This document shows positions 1 through 9,770 of a DNA stretch of 64,000 nt, piece after piece. This DNA comes from an uncultured Gammaproteobacteria bacterium (lineage in GTDB: Bacteria; Patescibacteriota; Microgenomatia; Levybacterales; GWA1-39-11), in the NCBI GenBank assembly GCA_964409875.1, contig CAYPEN010000002.1, forward strand, positions 338,630-402,629, given 5' to 3'. Position numbers and translations under genes: made by a program. A model generated the notes under the pieces. The model was not told the origin of the DNA and searched no databases. It saw only the letters and a program-made list of their open reading frames with translations. Every line of letters starts with the position of its first letter. Positions within the stretch are counted from its first letter, which is position 1.

Positions 1-142
1 AATGCGCTACCTTCAGGATATTTATGAAAAGAAAGAGGGAGAAAGTCCGGATAAAGTATTACTCTCAGACAAGCCACTTTTGGCTTCGGTAGTTATTTGG
101 GGATTTCTTGTTATTTTTATTATTTACTTTATCGGTGGTTAA
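1..142 (+). CDS. 3' end of a UbiA-family prenyltransferase (decaprenyl-phosphate phosphoribosyltransferase-like), partial
   Basis: Frame 2 reads RYLQDIYEKKEGESPDKVLLSDKPLLASVVIWGFLVIFIIYFIGG*, resembling the RYL..GE.P...L.D.PL...W C-terminus of this family; TAA at 140-142. Confidence 0.6.
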   Translation, partial: MRYLQDIYEKKEGESPDKVLLSDKPLLASVVIWGFLVIFIIYFIGG

Positions 143-190
143 TTACTTTCAAAGATTCCTGGGATGAAATGAAGTAGTTTGCATGAACGC

Positions 191-1045
191 TTACTGCTTT
201 TTTGCGAATTGACTGGACACCCATCCGGTGGTTGTGTCATCCACCTGAATTTCGTACCACCCTTGTTGTTCGGATAACATTTTGTATGTCTCGCCCGGTC
301 TCACTCTTGCAACTTCCCCAAAACTTGTCCCCGCACCGCTTCTTACTCTTAAAAAACCGTTGGGAGTATTAAGTATAAGAATTGTAGCCGCTGTGAGTGG
401 TGGAGTTGGACTCGGAGAAACAGACTGAGTATTTGTGGGAGTGGCTTGTGGAATACTGCCAATATCGCCAGTACCCAGAGAAGCACTTACAACAAGTACA
501 TGACCGTCAACCGTTTTTACCCGTATTGTTTTTTTGGCAAATCCATCCTTTTGAATTTCGACTTCGTGTTCTGAGGCAGAAAGTGAGTCGGACTTATAGG
601 GCGTTACTCCAACGGACACACTATCAATTGTTACCATTGCCCCATCGGGGATTGAAGTAATTTCTATTTGTGGTTTGCGGTTTGATGCTTTTTCTAAAGT
701 GAGGACATACGCGCTCCCCAGGGATCCGGGAAGAAAAGTTTTATCCACTGCTGTAAGAACTCCCCCATTTATTTGAACGCGGGTTGTAAATGCAGCAAGC
801 GTAGTGTCTTGTGGCTCTATTCTTAACTCATAATTTCCAGAAGGTACGGTATCCTGTTGGTCGATTTTTCTAATAGGTATATTTCCGATATACTTACCAT
901 CGAGAAGTACTCTTCCGTTAATGTTGGCTGTTACTTGAAGACCCCCTTTCTCTACGTCCTTAAAGTTGTAAATAACTCTTACCAAAAGGAATAGACCTGA
1001 AACGACCAGAAGAATTGAGAGAAGCAGTAGGAGTTTTCTTTTCAT
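191..1045 (-). CDS. Membrane-anchored PEGA-domain protein with C-terminal bacterial SH3 domain
   Basis: N-terminal TM (MKRKLLLLL...), PEGA-like repeats (ITSIPDGAMVTIDSVSVGVTP), PT-rich linker, SH3b motif LRVRSGAG...GWYEI...GWVSSQF; start moved to ATG 1045. Confidence 0.8.
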   Translation of the reverse strand: MKRKLLLLLSILLVVSGLFLLVRVIYNFKDVEKGGLQVTANINGRVLLDGKYIGNIPIRKIDQQDTVPSGNYELRIEPQDTTLAAFTTRVQINGGVLTAVDKTFLPGSLGSAYVLTLEKASNRKPQIEITSIPDGAMVTIDSVSVGVTPYKSDSLSASEHEVEIQKDGFAKKTIRVKTVDGHVLVVSASLGTGDIGSIPQATPTNTQSVSPSPTPPLTAATILILNTPNGFLRVRSGAGTSFGEVARVRPGETYKMLSEQQGWYEIQVDDTTTGWVSSQFAKKQ

Positions 1046-1114
1046 ATTCTTATTGAGCTGTGTTGTCGAAAAAGCCTTCGTAAAGTACAACAATAATATC
1101 AAAGATGGGTAGTA

Positions 1115-1149
1115 TTGACAAATTAGCACTCATGGTGTTATACTGATAA
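1115..1149 (+). promoter_or_regulatory. Sigma70-type promoter with overlapping CIRCE-like operator (hsp20)
   Basis: TTGACA 1115-1120, TGnTATACT 1136-1144; TTAGCACTC-N9-TACTGATAA 1123-1149. Confidence 0.8.
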
Positions 1150-1186
1150 AAATAACAAAATTTGGCTTCAAAAGGAGGTGAAAAGT

Positions 1187-1618
1187 ATGGCAATAATCAG
1201 ATGGAATCCTTGGAATATCGATAGAATGCTTGACGATGATTGGGAATTTCCGACAATCCCCGGAATTTCAAAATTTATGAGTCAAGGACTTAACCTTTAC
1301 GAAACCGAAGATACGCTTGTTGCTGAGGCATCGCTCCCCGGCATTACGGAAGATAAAATTGACATCACTTTCGAAGACGGAATTGTGAGGATTACGGGTT
1401 CAATGCAGGAAAAAGAGGAAGAAAAAGGAAAGAGAAGATATTTTATGTCTTCAATGGCAACCTCTTTTAATTACTCATTCAGAGTTCCTGAAGGTGTAGT
1501 AAAAGACGAGGAACCGACGGCAGAGCTTGAGAATGGCATATTAAAACTCGTATTCAAAAAAGCTGAGAAAAAAGAACCAAGAAAAATTACGGTTTCAAAA
1601 AAAGCAAAACAACAATAG
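1187..1618 (+). CDS. Small heat-shock protein Hsp20/alpha-crystallin family
   Basis: LYETEDTLVAEASLPG...AELENGILKLVFKK alpha-crystallin motifs; SD AGGAGGTG 1173-1180 before ATG 1187. Confidence 0.92.
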   Translation: MAIIRWNPWNIDRMLDDDWEFPTIPGISKFMSQGLNLYETEDTLVAEASLPGITEDKIDITFEDGIVRITGSMQEKEEEKGKRRYFMSSMATSFNYSFRVPEGVVKDEEPTAELENGILKLVFKKAEKKEPRKITVSKKAKQQ

Positions 1619-1644
1619 TTTTTTTTATAAATTTAACTGTTAGT

Positions 1645-1687
1645 AAAAAAACCTCCCGACAGTAAGGCAGCGTTGGGAGGTTTTTTG
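1645..1687. terminator. Bidirectional intrinsic terminator between convergent hsp20 and metG
   Basis: A-run, CCTCCCGAC...GTTGGGAGG stem, T-run. Confidence 0.8.
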
Positions 1688-1691
1688 TTGG

Positions 1692-3131
1692 TTATGATAT
1701 GCGAGGAAAGAGGGGCTCGGAAGATTTAATCTCAGCCGAAAATTGATTGAGAATTTTTTCAGCGGTTGTTGGAAGAAACGGTTGGAGGTTAAAACCAATA
1801 TGCAGTATCTTTTCAACAAGAATTGTTAATGTATGGGAAAGTTCCTCGCCTTCCTGTTCCCAAGGTTTTTTTTCATTTACAAATTTATCAGCTTCCCTTA
1901 TTTCGGTCCAAATATGTTCGAGTAACAAATTAAATTGGTATTGTTGCAAATATTTTTGTAATACAGGGTCGAATGAAACCGGTTTGTTTTCCGTTTTGAA
2001 ATTTATTTTTTCACACAATTTTGCAACGCGCGCAACTAAATTCCCAAGGCCGTTTGCAAGGTCTGCATTATATACGGTTTTTAGTTTTTCCTCCGAAAAA
2101 TCCCCATCGTCTGTTGGAGGAATTTGACTCAAAAAATAATAGCGCAGGGCATCAGCTCCATATTTTTCAATAAGAAAAATTGGGTCGATAACATTTCCTA
2201 ACGTTTTTGACATCTTTTGTCCATCTACCGTAAAGTATCCATGAACAAAAAGAGATTTTGGTATGGGTAGCTTTGCAGAGAGCAGAAAAGCCGGCCAGTA
2301 AATCGCATGAAAGCGGGTTATACCTTTCCCGATAACATGGACATCGGCAGGCCAATAGGTGTTATAACTTTCACCAAGCCCGCTTCGATAAATATTTAAT
2401 GCATCAAACCACACATACATCCGTTGTGAGGCGTCTCCGGGTACCGGTACCCCCCAATTTTTTGCGCGCTCATTGCTTCTTGAGATACTGATATCCTCAA
2501 GCCCCCGGCTAAGAAATGAGAGCATTTCATTTTTTCTTGATGTTGGAATTATCGTTAATTCGTCGCTTTCGATCAATTTTTTTATTACATCTTGATAGTT
2601 GCTCAGTTTGAAGAAATAATTTGTTTCGCTTACTTCCTGTAATGGTTTTCCGGGATGTTCAAAGCATTCACCATTTTCATTCAATTCATCTTTCTCATAA
2701 AAAAGCTCACATCCTACACAGTAAAAACCCGTATAATCTTTTTTATATATATCTCCGTTTTCCTCGCACCTTTTCCACAATTCTTGGGAGGAAACAAAAT
2801 GGTCTTTATTGCTACCCTTTTGAAAAAAATCAAATTTTACGTTTAATTTATGGGCAAGGTTTTGAAAGAGCTTGCTGTTCTCATCGACAAATGCCTGTAT
2901 ATTTTTACCGGCATCTTCCGAAGCTTGGACATTTTTAAGGGCATTCTCATCACTTCCCGAAAGGAGCGCTACGTCAGCGTTTTGCAAACGGTGGTATCTG
3001 GCAATAACATCAGCCTGCACGAATTCCAACGCATGTCCTACATGCGGTTTTGCATTTACATAAGGGATAGCGGTTGTTAAGTAAAACTTGCGTCTAGCAG
3101 TTTCTTCAGAATTATAGAATTTATTTGTCAT
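1692..3131 (-). CDS. metG: Methionine--tRNA ligase (short form without C-terminal tRNA-binding appendix)
   Basis: YLTTAIPYVNAKPHVGH (HIGH), KMSKT (KMSKS), YVWFDAL, IGKGITRFHAIYWPAFL. Confidence 0.96.
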   Translation of the reverse strand: MTNKFYNSEETARRKFYLTTAIPYVNAKPHVGHALEFVQADVIARYHRLQNADVALLSGSDENALKNVQASEDAGKNIQAFVDENSKLFQNLAHKLNVKFDFFQKGSNKDHFVSSQELWKRCEENGDIYKKDYTGFYCVGCELFYEKDELNENGECFEHPGKPLQEVSETNYFFKLSNYQDVIKKLIESDELTIIPTSRKNEMLSFLSRGLEDISISRSNERAKNWGVPVPGDASQRMYVWFDALNIYRSGLGESYNTYWPADVHVIGKGITRFHAIYWPAFLLSAKLPIPKSLFVHGYFTVDGQKMSKTLGNVIDPIFLIEKYGADALRYYFLSQIPPTDDGDFSEEKLKTVYNADLANGLGNLVARVAKLCEKINFKTENKPVSFDPVLQKYLQQYQFNLLLEHIWTEIREADKFVNEKKPWEQEGEELSHTLTILVEKILHIGFNLQPFLPTTAEKILNQFSAEIKSSEPLFPRIS

Positions 3132-3168
3132 AAACCTTATTCTATCAATTTTTGAGGCTATTCACAAA

Positions 3169-3504
3169 TTATTTATTTTTTACGAAAAGGAATTCGATAA
3201 GAAGAAGAATGATAAGTAAAAGTATTGAGTATAAGACATTATTGACATGCAGATATTGAAGCAAAAGAAAGACGACGACGAAAATCCCGGCTAAAATGCC
3301 ACGCCGGACGTTTGCGAATGAAAAAGTCATAATGCCTCCGATGGTCAAGAAGAGAAGAAAGAAAAAGGGCACAACCGATGGAATTGCAAAGATTTTGAGG
3401 TTAAAAAAAATGGTAGGTTCAAATATGTTAACGAAAAGAAATAATCCTACAAGCGAGAGAAAAGCTATAATAAGATGAGGGATAAATTTTTTACGTTTCT
3501 TCAC
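3169..3504 (-). CDS. Small integral membrane protein (about 4 TM)
   Basis: 111 aa hydrophobic ORF with GTG start and basic N-terminus. Confidence 0.65.
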   Translation of the reverse strand: MKKRKKFIPHLIIAFLSLVGLFLFVNIFEPTIFFNLKIFAIPSVVPFFFLLFLTIGGIMTFSFANVRRGILAGIFVVVFLLLQYLHVNNVLYSILLLIILLLIEFLFVKNK

Positions 3505-3549
3505 AAAACAAGGGTATCAAAAAAGAGTGTGGGTGTACAATAAAACCGC

Positions 3550-3586
3550 TTGACATGTTTTAGCACTCATGGTATATTATTGCTAA
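3550..3586 (+). promoter_or_regulatory. Promoter with CIRCE-like operator (hrcA autoregulation)
   Basis: TTGACA 3550-3555, 17 bp, TATATT 3573-3578; TTAGCACTC-N9-TATTGCTAA 3560-3586. Confidence 0.88.
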
Positions 3587-3633
3587 TCTCGTATATTCCA
3601 GAAATGGGTATATGAGATTGGATTCATCATTAT

Positions 3634-4356
3634 ATGTACGACTTAACACAAAGACAAATTGAGATTCTGAAGCAAATCGTTAAAGAATATATTGATTCTG
3701 CAAATCCTGTCGGTTCTGAAACCCTTGAAAAAAAATATGATGTAGGTGTTTCTCCCGCAACAATCAGAAATGAAATGGCTGCTATGGTAAAGAAAGGGTA
3801 TCTTGCAAAGCCCCATACATCAGCGGGAAGAGTACCAACACCTAAGGCTCTTAAGTTGTATGTAAACGAACTCATGAAAGAGAAAGAACTCTCTGTTGCC
3901 GAAGAAGTTGAAGCAAAAGAAAAGATCTGGGATATGCGGGGAAAGGAAACAGACTTTATGCGAACAGCAACCCAACGGCTTGCTGAGAAAACAGGAACAT
4001 TGGCGGTTGCAAAAAATGATGATGGTGCCTTTTTCTGCTCCGGTTATTCCCACATTCTTGAGATGCCGGAATTTTATGATATTGATGTTACGAAAAATTT
4101 ACTCAGCCTTCTTGATAACCAATCATACTTTGATTCGGTTTTTGGAAGAATTGCTGAAAAGTTTGCAGTTATTTTGGGGGATGATATGGAACTGGAGTTA
4201 TTCAAACCATACAGCTTTGTGTTTTCTAAATTTCATACCCGGGGAAACCATGACGGAATGATAGGTGTAGTCGGTCCAACCCGGCTTCGATATGAAAATA
4301 TTGTTCCGCTCGTGCGGTATTATGGGTCTTTGATAGAAGAAGTAGCTAATTGGTAA
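3634..4356 (+). CDS. hrcA: Heat-inducible transcription repressor HrcA (compact)
   Basis: LTQRQIEILKQIVKEYI...PVGSETL...SPATIRNEMA...PHTSAGRVPT; GVVGPTRLRY; upstream of grpE-dnaK. Confidence 0.95.
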   Translation: MYDLTQRQIEILKQIVKEYIDSANPVGSETLEKKYDVGVSPATIRNEMAAMVKKGYLAKPHTSAGRVPTPKALKLYVNELMKEKELSVAEEVEAKEKIWDMRGKETDFMRTATQRLAEKTGTLAVAKNDDGAFFCSGYSHILEMPEFYDIDVTKNLLSLLDNQSYFDSVFGRIAEKFAVILGDDMELELFKPYSFVFSKFHTRGNHDGMIGVVGPTRLRYENIVPLVRYYGSLIEEVANW

Positions 4357-4395
4357 TCTACTGAAAAGTGGACATTAGACCATTATAATAGTGAA

Positions 4396-4905
4396 ATGGA
4401 TGATAAGAAAATTCATAAAAAGGAAGAAGACAAGGTAGAAAAAGTTACAGAAGAACCTGAAAAGACGGAGAAGAAAGAACATAAAATCGAGCAACTTGAA
4501 AATAGAATAAAAGATTTGGACGAGCAACTAAAGCGTGCCGTTGCCGACTACAGAAATTTGGAAAGAAGAAGCGCTGAGGAACGATTTGATGCGGTGAAGT
4601 TTGGGAACAAGCAGTTGGTAGAAGCGTTATTGCCGGCTTTTGATACTCTTTTTTTGGCGGGGAAATTTACACAAGATGAGAGTGTCAAGCTTACAATACA
4701 GCGCATTCTGGAAGTTTTGAAAGACAATGGTATTGAAAAAGTTGTAACGGATAATGCAAAATATAATGCAGACACAATGGAAGCAATAGAGGTAGTACAG
4801 GGGGTTGAAGGAATGGTTGTTGAAGAGGTAAGACCGGGATTTACGATAAATGGGAAACTTATACGGCCGGCTCAGGTGAAAGTGGGGGGAGCTGCCAAGA
4901 ATTAA
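4396..4905 (+). CDS. grpE: Nucleotide exchange factor GrpE
   Basis: RAVADYRNLERR...GFTINGKLIRPAQVKV; synteny. Confidence 0.95.
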   Translation: MDDKKIHKKEEDKVEKVTEEPEKTEKKEHKIEQLENRIKDLDEQLKRAVADYRNLERRSAEERFDAVKFGNKQLVEALLPAFDTLFLAGKFTQDESVKLTIQRILEVLKDNGIEKVVTDNAKYNADTMEAIEVVQGVEGMVVEEVRPGFTINGKLIRPAQVKVGGAAKN

Positions 4906-4971
4906 GAAGTATGAAGTATGAATTATGGGGAAAATAAAATCCCTTAATTCATGATTCATTATTCATAATTC
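4899..4971. repeat. Imperfect 31-bp inverted repeat built from 7-bp units
   Basis: Arms 4899-4929 and 4941-4971 (25/31 complementary by eye); ATGAA(G/T)T periodicity. Confidence 0.7.
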
Positions 4972-5021
4972 AAGTTTAGTTAAGTATATATGGGAAACGT
5001 TATAATAGAAAGGAAATAAGT

Positions 5022-6926
5022 ATGTCAAAAATTATTGGAATCGATTTAGGAACAACAAATTCATGTATGGCCGTTATGGAGGGAGGCTCTCCAAAAGTCA
5101 TATTCTCTTCTGAAGGAAGAAATACAACCCCTTCGGTTGTAGACCCTATTGAACGGGTAGTGGGGGATGTCGCAAAAAGGCAAATGGTTCTCAAGCCTAA
5201 AAAGATAATATTCTCCGTCAAAAGACTGATGGGGCGAAAGCTCAAAGACGAGTCGGTACAGCGTGATTTAAAGCTCCTCCCTTATGACGTTGAAGCTGGG
5301 AGAGACGGTATGGCTGTTGTTGAGGTTGATGGAAAAACATTTACCCCGCAAGAAATTTCAGCGCAAATATTACAAAAACTTAAAAAAGATGCAGAAGCGT
5401 ATTTAGGTGAAAAAGTGACCCAGGCTGTTATTACGGTTCCGGCATATTTTGATGACGCACAGCGTCAGGCTACCAAACAAGCAGGTGAAATTGCCGGTCT
5501 TGAAGTTTTGAGAATTGTGAACGAGCCAACCGCTGCAGCTCTTGCGTACGGACTTGATAAAAAACACGCCCACACTGTTGCGGTATATGACCTCGGAGGC
5601 GGAACATTTGATATTTCGATACTTGAATTGGGAGAAGGTGTGTATGAAGTAAAGGCAACCAATGGTGATACCCACCTTGGAGGAGATGATTTCGATCAGG
5701 TGATAATTGATTACCTTGCAGACGAATTCAAAAAAGAGAACAATATTGACTTAAGACAAGACCCCCAGGCCTTGCAACGGCTCAAGGAATCTGCCGAAAA
5801 GGCAAAAATAGAGCTTTCTTCATCAATGGAGGCTGAAATCAACCAGCCTTTCATTACTCAAGGCCCCTCAGGACCGTTGCATCTTACGGCAAAAATTACG
5901 CGTTCAAAACTTGAGAGTCTTGTTGCGTCTCTTATAGAGCGTTCATTTGGACCGGTCAAGCAAGCATTGAAGGATGCGAAAGTTGATACTTCAGGAATAG
6001 ATGAGGTGATATTGGTTGGTGGTATGACAAGGATGCCCAAGATAATTTCCGAAGTGACAAAGTTTTTTGGAAAAGAGCCCAACAAATCAGTCAATCCTGA
6101 CGAGGTTGTTGCGGTAGGCGCAGCAGTACAAGCTGGAGTTCTGGGCGGAGAAGTAAAAGACGTTTTGCTGTTGGATGTTACACCCCTAACGCTTGGCATT
6201 GAGACGATGGGTGGCGTTGCAACGCCTCTTATTGAGAAGAATACGACAATTCCGACAAAGAAATCTCAAGTGTTCTCAACGGCTGCTGATAATCAAACCC
6301 AGGTTGAAATAAATGTGGTCCAAGGAGAGCGTCCAATGGCTATGGACAACAAATCTTTAGGACGCTTCATTTTGGATGGAATTCCGCCGGCTCCTCGCGG
6401 AGTACCTCAAGTGGAAGTAACTTTTGATATCGACGCTTCGGGAATTCTCTCTGTCACCGCAAAAGACAAAGCAACTGGCAAGGAGCAGAGCATTAAAATT
6501 ACTGGTTCAACCGGCCTTACCGACGATGAGATAAAGAAAATGACTCAAGATGCCGAAGCACATGCGGAAGAGGATGCGAAGAAAAAGGAGCTTATTGAGG
6601 TTAAGAATTCTGCGGACAATCTTATTTTTACTGCAGAAAAGTCTATGAAAGACATGGAGGGAAAGATAGAAGAGTCAGATAAAAAAGAGGTTGAAGAAGC
6701 TATTGAGGCGCTTAAGAAAGTGAAGGATGGGGAAGATAGAGACGAGATTGAGGCAAAAACTAAGGAGCTCTCTGAGAAGATTTCGAAGGTTGGAGAAAAA
6801 ATGTACGCAAACCAGAAGCCAGAAGACAAAAATCAGGAGTCAGAAGAGAAAAGTTCGGAAGAAACCGAAAAGGACAAGAGCAACGAAGACAAAAAAGACG
6901 CCGAAGAAGGCCAGGTTGTAGACTAG
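5022..6926 (+). CDS. dnaK: Chaperone DnaK (Hsp70)
   Basis: [34 protein letters not shown]. Confidence 0.99.
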   Translation: MSKIIGIDLGTTNSCMAVMEGGSPKVIFSSEGRNTTPSVVDPIERVVGDVAKRQMVLKPKKIIFSVKRLMGRKLKDESVQRDLKLLPYDVEAGRDGMAVVEVDGKTFTPQEISAQILQKLKKDAEAYLGEKVTQAVITVPAYFDDAQRQATKQAGEIAGLEVLRIVNEPTAAALAYGLDKKHAHTVAVYDLGGGTFDISILELGEGVYEVKATNGDTHLGGDDFDQVIIDYLADEFKKENNIDLRQDPQALQRLKESAEKAKIELSSSMEAEINQPFITQGPSGPLHLTAKITRSKLESLVASLIERSFGPVKQALKDAKVDTSGIDEVILVGGMTRMPKIISEVTKFFGKEPNKSVNPDEVVAVGAAVQAGVLGGEVKDVLLLDVTPLTLGIETMGGVATPLIEKNTTIPTKKSQVFSTAADNQTQVEINVVQGERPMAMDNKSLGRFILDGIPPAPRGVPQVEVTFDIDASGILSVTAKDKATGKEQSIKITGSTGLTDDEIKKMTQDAEAHAEEDAKKKELIEVKNSADNLIFTAEKSMKDMEGKIEESDKKEVEEAIEALKKVKDGEDRDEIEAKTKELSEKISKVGEKMYANQKPEDKNQESEEKSSEETEKDKSNEDKKDAEEGQVVD

Positions 6927-7128
6927 GCTTTACAAGAAGCAGAAACCCCCCCCTTAAAGCAGCTATTTGCATTATTTATATTGCTTTAATCTTCATAAAT
7001 TCATGTTTCCCCGCCTTAAAAGATCGTACGAGGTTGTTGAATTGCCCTGTTTTGAAGCAGTTTCTATTTATTTGCAATGGTTTGTTTTTATTGCCTTGCA
7101 AAGCCCAAAAATGTTACTATAAACTAGT

Positions 7129-7443
7129 ATGTTTGGAATTGTTGCCACGATGTGTGACCCTGAAAAAGAGATTCTGACTGATTTTGGTTGTCTTCCTAAT
7201 ACGCCGGCAGGATTTGTTGAGAAATTTTATTCCTGGGGCCTCGGGTTAATAGGTCTGATAGGGCTTCTTTTCCTTATAATCGGCGGTTATCACCTCCTTA
7301 TATCACGGGGAGATCCTCAACGGCTTCAAACAGGCAAATCGTACATAACATATGCAATAATTGGGATTCTTTTGGCGATTTTCGGCTTTGTATTCATTCA
7401 GGTCGTGACGCACGATATTTTAAAGATTCCCGGATTTAATTAG
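7129..7443 (+). CDS. TrbC/VirB2-like (T4SS) pilin-family protein
   Basis: Two TM helices with IIGGYHLLISRGDPQRLQTGKSYITYAIIG hairpin motif typical of CPR VirB2-like pilins; two Cys in N-terminus. Confidence 0.75.
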   Translation: MFGIVATMCDPEKEILTDFGCLPNTPAGFVEKFYSWGLGLIGLIGLLFLIIGGYHLLISRGDPQRLQTGKSYITYAIIGILLAIFGFVFIQVVTHDILKIPGFN

Positions 7444-7444
7444 T

Positions 7445-9676
7445 ATGATAAAAAAACTGCCCACATTTCTTAAGTTATTTCTATTTTCATTGCTTTTCAT
7501 TAATTTTTTTACGTTTGTTCCTCATTCCTTTGCGCAAGTTCAGAATGGTCAAATAAGCCCAACACCTGATCCGACCACAGGTTGGGTGAAAGACCAGGAA
7601 GTGACTTTTGTAGGAAAGACAGCCACCCGCTCCGACGAATTTTTAGACTGGACGTTATCCGTTGAGAACTACCGCTGGATTACTCTTCCAACTGGGGGGT
7701 CAAACAATCCAATTGAAGAATTTTGGGCATTAGTCAGAAATATCGTTTTTGTACTCTTAGCACTTTTTGTTCTGGGCGCGGCTTTTGTAATGATAGCAAC
7801 CCGAGGTCAAAATCTTACGGTAATGCGGTTTATTCCCCGGTTTATAACCATTGTTATTCTGGTTGTTCTTTCTTTTGCGCTTATCCGCTTTTTGTATCAG
7901 GCAACCGATGTTATCCAAGGATTCTTTTTGAATGTAAAGGACCCTATAGATGGAACAAATAGGAATATCAATTCAAGCGATCTTCTCTATATCGCATTCA
8001 AGTACGATTTTATAGGATTTAGGCGTGTTGGAATTGACTTCGATGAATCTGCATTCATTTCTCTCTTATTGGTCAAGCTTACGGCCATTACATATTATGT
8101 CATGACGGGGCTTCTTCTCATAAGAAAAATCATCATGTGGTTTTTTATCATCGTCTCTCCGATTTTTCCACTTCTTTTGTTCTTCCGTCCTGTAAGAAAT
8201 ACTGCAAAAATTTGGGTAGGTGAGTTCTTTAGATGGCTCTTATATGCTCCGTTATTTGCATTGTTTTTGCATGGGTTGGTGAATGTATGGAGGCGGGGAA
8301 TTCCTATGGCCTTTGATTTTTCAAAAGTCGGAACTCAAACATACCCAACAGCTATTAATATTTTGCTCGGTGGCCCTGGTCAGCAGATAGATCTTAATAA
8401 TTCCGTCAACCTGCGTGATACGTTCGCATTGTATGTGGTTGCTCTTCTTATGCTGTGGGTTGTTATATTACTTCCGTTTTTGCTGTTGCAGATATTTTTG
8501 GACTATCTCAATAATGTTTCTATTGCTGAAAGTCCTGTAGTTAAGAGAATTACTCAAAACTCTTGGTTCAATAAGGCATACGGGGGCACACCACCTCCTA
8601 CATCTCCGGGGCAACCTCCCCAACAACCCTCACCTTTTGGCCTTGCTAAGGCAATTCCATTCTTCAATAAGCGTGCTATGGAAATACCTGCAGCAAGAAC
8701 AGCAAGTACATTAGAGCGGGCATCCCTTTCAAATCTTCAGACCATCCGAGAGACTCGGGACGTCCTCCGTCTTGCCAACCTCTCCATTCCGAAAATGAGA
8801 GATATTGCGCGATATGAAACTTCAATGATGAAACACGATGCCGTTTCAAGGACCGAGGTAAGTAGATTCCACGACACACTTGAAAAAATTTCAAAGCCTA
8901 CAGTTGTTGCAACGACTACAGACCGTGAGAAATTCACTACCATCAAAGAGAAATTAGTATCACAACAAAAGAAGGGTGATAAGCTAGCTGATAATGTACT
9001 TTCAGCCTCTAAAGTTTCAGAAGAAATAAACGACAAGACAAAAGCAGTTATCCCTGGCCAGAAGAAGGAGGGTGTGACAAGCATTAAAAGCATCAAACTT
9101 CCTCAGCAGAACCAGGTGCAACAAGTCAGTATCGAAGAGTATGAAGATGTGCGGAAGATGTGGGTTGAGAATTATCAAAATATGGAGACACCAGTCGGAC
9201 CGAGTGGCACGCCCATGGACAAGCACGCTTTTCTTCAGCAGGACATGAACAATATTACGGAAACGATTAATTTGTTAAGCTCTGACAGTCAAGAAAATGT
9301 CGACAAGGGTATGGAGCGGGTTGCCAACATCCTGCCATTCCTGCTTTTAGGAGGATTCTCAAAGGCAGAAGTCATTTCGTATTTGAAAGCAAAACTTGAA
9401 GCTGCAAAGCAAGTTCTGACGGGCGTTGAGACAAAGAAGGACGAGGAAGATACCATGGTTGAACGCGGTGAGGAAACCAAAGCGGGACATGCGGAAATGG
9501 CGATGCATGAAGAGCTACCGGAGGAAGAAAAACCAAAAATACTGGGGGAAGAGCCGGAGAGTAGCAAGTCTGAATTCACGCCTCTTGGAGAAGAAAATAA
9601 TAATCAAGGTGAAAATGGTGACAATGGGAATAATGGAAGTGTTCCACCTAGTGGCGCTCCAGGAGGGATGAATTAG
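7445..9676 (+). CDS. Polytopic membrane protein, VirB6/TrbL-like, with large cytoplasmic C-terminal region
   Basis: Signal peptide, about 6 TM incl. LIRKIIMWFFIIVSPIFPLL...W..EF.RWL..AP; coupled to pilin gene (1 bp gap). Confidence 0.55.
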   Translation: MIKKLPTFLKLFLFSLLFINFFTFVPHSFAQVQNGQISPTPDPTTGWVKDQEVTFVGKTATRSDEFLDWTLSVENYRWITLPTGGSNNPIEEFWALVRNIVFVLLALFVLGAAFVMIATRGQNLTVMRFIPRFITIVILVVLSFALIRFLYQATDVIQGFFLNVKDPIDGTNRNINSSDLLYIAFKYDFIGFRRVGIDFDESAFISLLLVKLTAITYYVMTGLLLIRKIIMWFFIIVSPIFPLLLFFRPVRNTAKIWVGEFFRWLLYAPLFALFLHGLVNVWRRGIPMAFDFSKVGTQTYPTAINILLGGPGQQIDLNNSVNLRDTFALYVVALLMLWVVILLPFLLLQIFLDYLNNVSIAESPVVKRITQNSWFNKAYGGTPPPTSPGQPPQQPSPFGLAKAIPFFNKRAMEIPAARTASTLERASLSNLQTIRETRDVLRLANLSIPKMRDIARYETSMMKHDAVSRTEVSRFHDTLEKISKPTVVATTTDREKFTTIKEKLVSQQKKGDKLADNVLSASKVSEEINDKTKAVIPGQKKEGVTSIKSIKLPQQNQVQQVSIEEYEDVRKMWVENYQNMETPVGPSGTPMDKHAFLQQDMNNITETINLLSSDSQENVDKGMERVANILPFLLLGGFSKAEVISYLKAKLEAAKQVLTGVETKKDEEDTMVERGEETKAGHAEMAMHEELPEEEKPKILGEEPESSKSEFTPLGEENNNQGENGDNGNNGSVPPSGAPGGMN

Positions 9677-9770
9677 AGAATTAATAATGCTTTCTGCTTG
9701 AAGCGGGAAGTATGAATGTTTCATAATAAAAATATGTTTGGAAATTTATACGAAGTAAAGTTTAAATAAT

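Noticed and set aside
6927-7128. dnaK downstream gap as tRNA, ncRNA or att site
   Set aside because: No cloverleaf, convincing stem or matching direct repeat near dnaJ was found; only a weak CCCC..CTTAAA duplication
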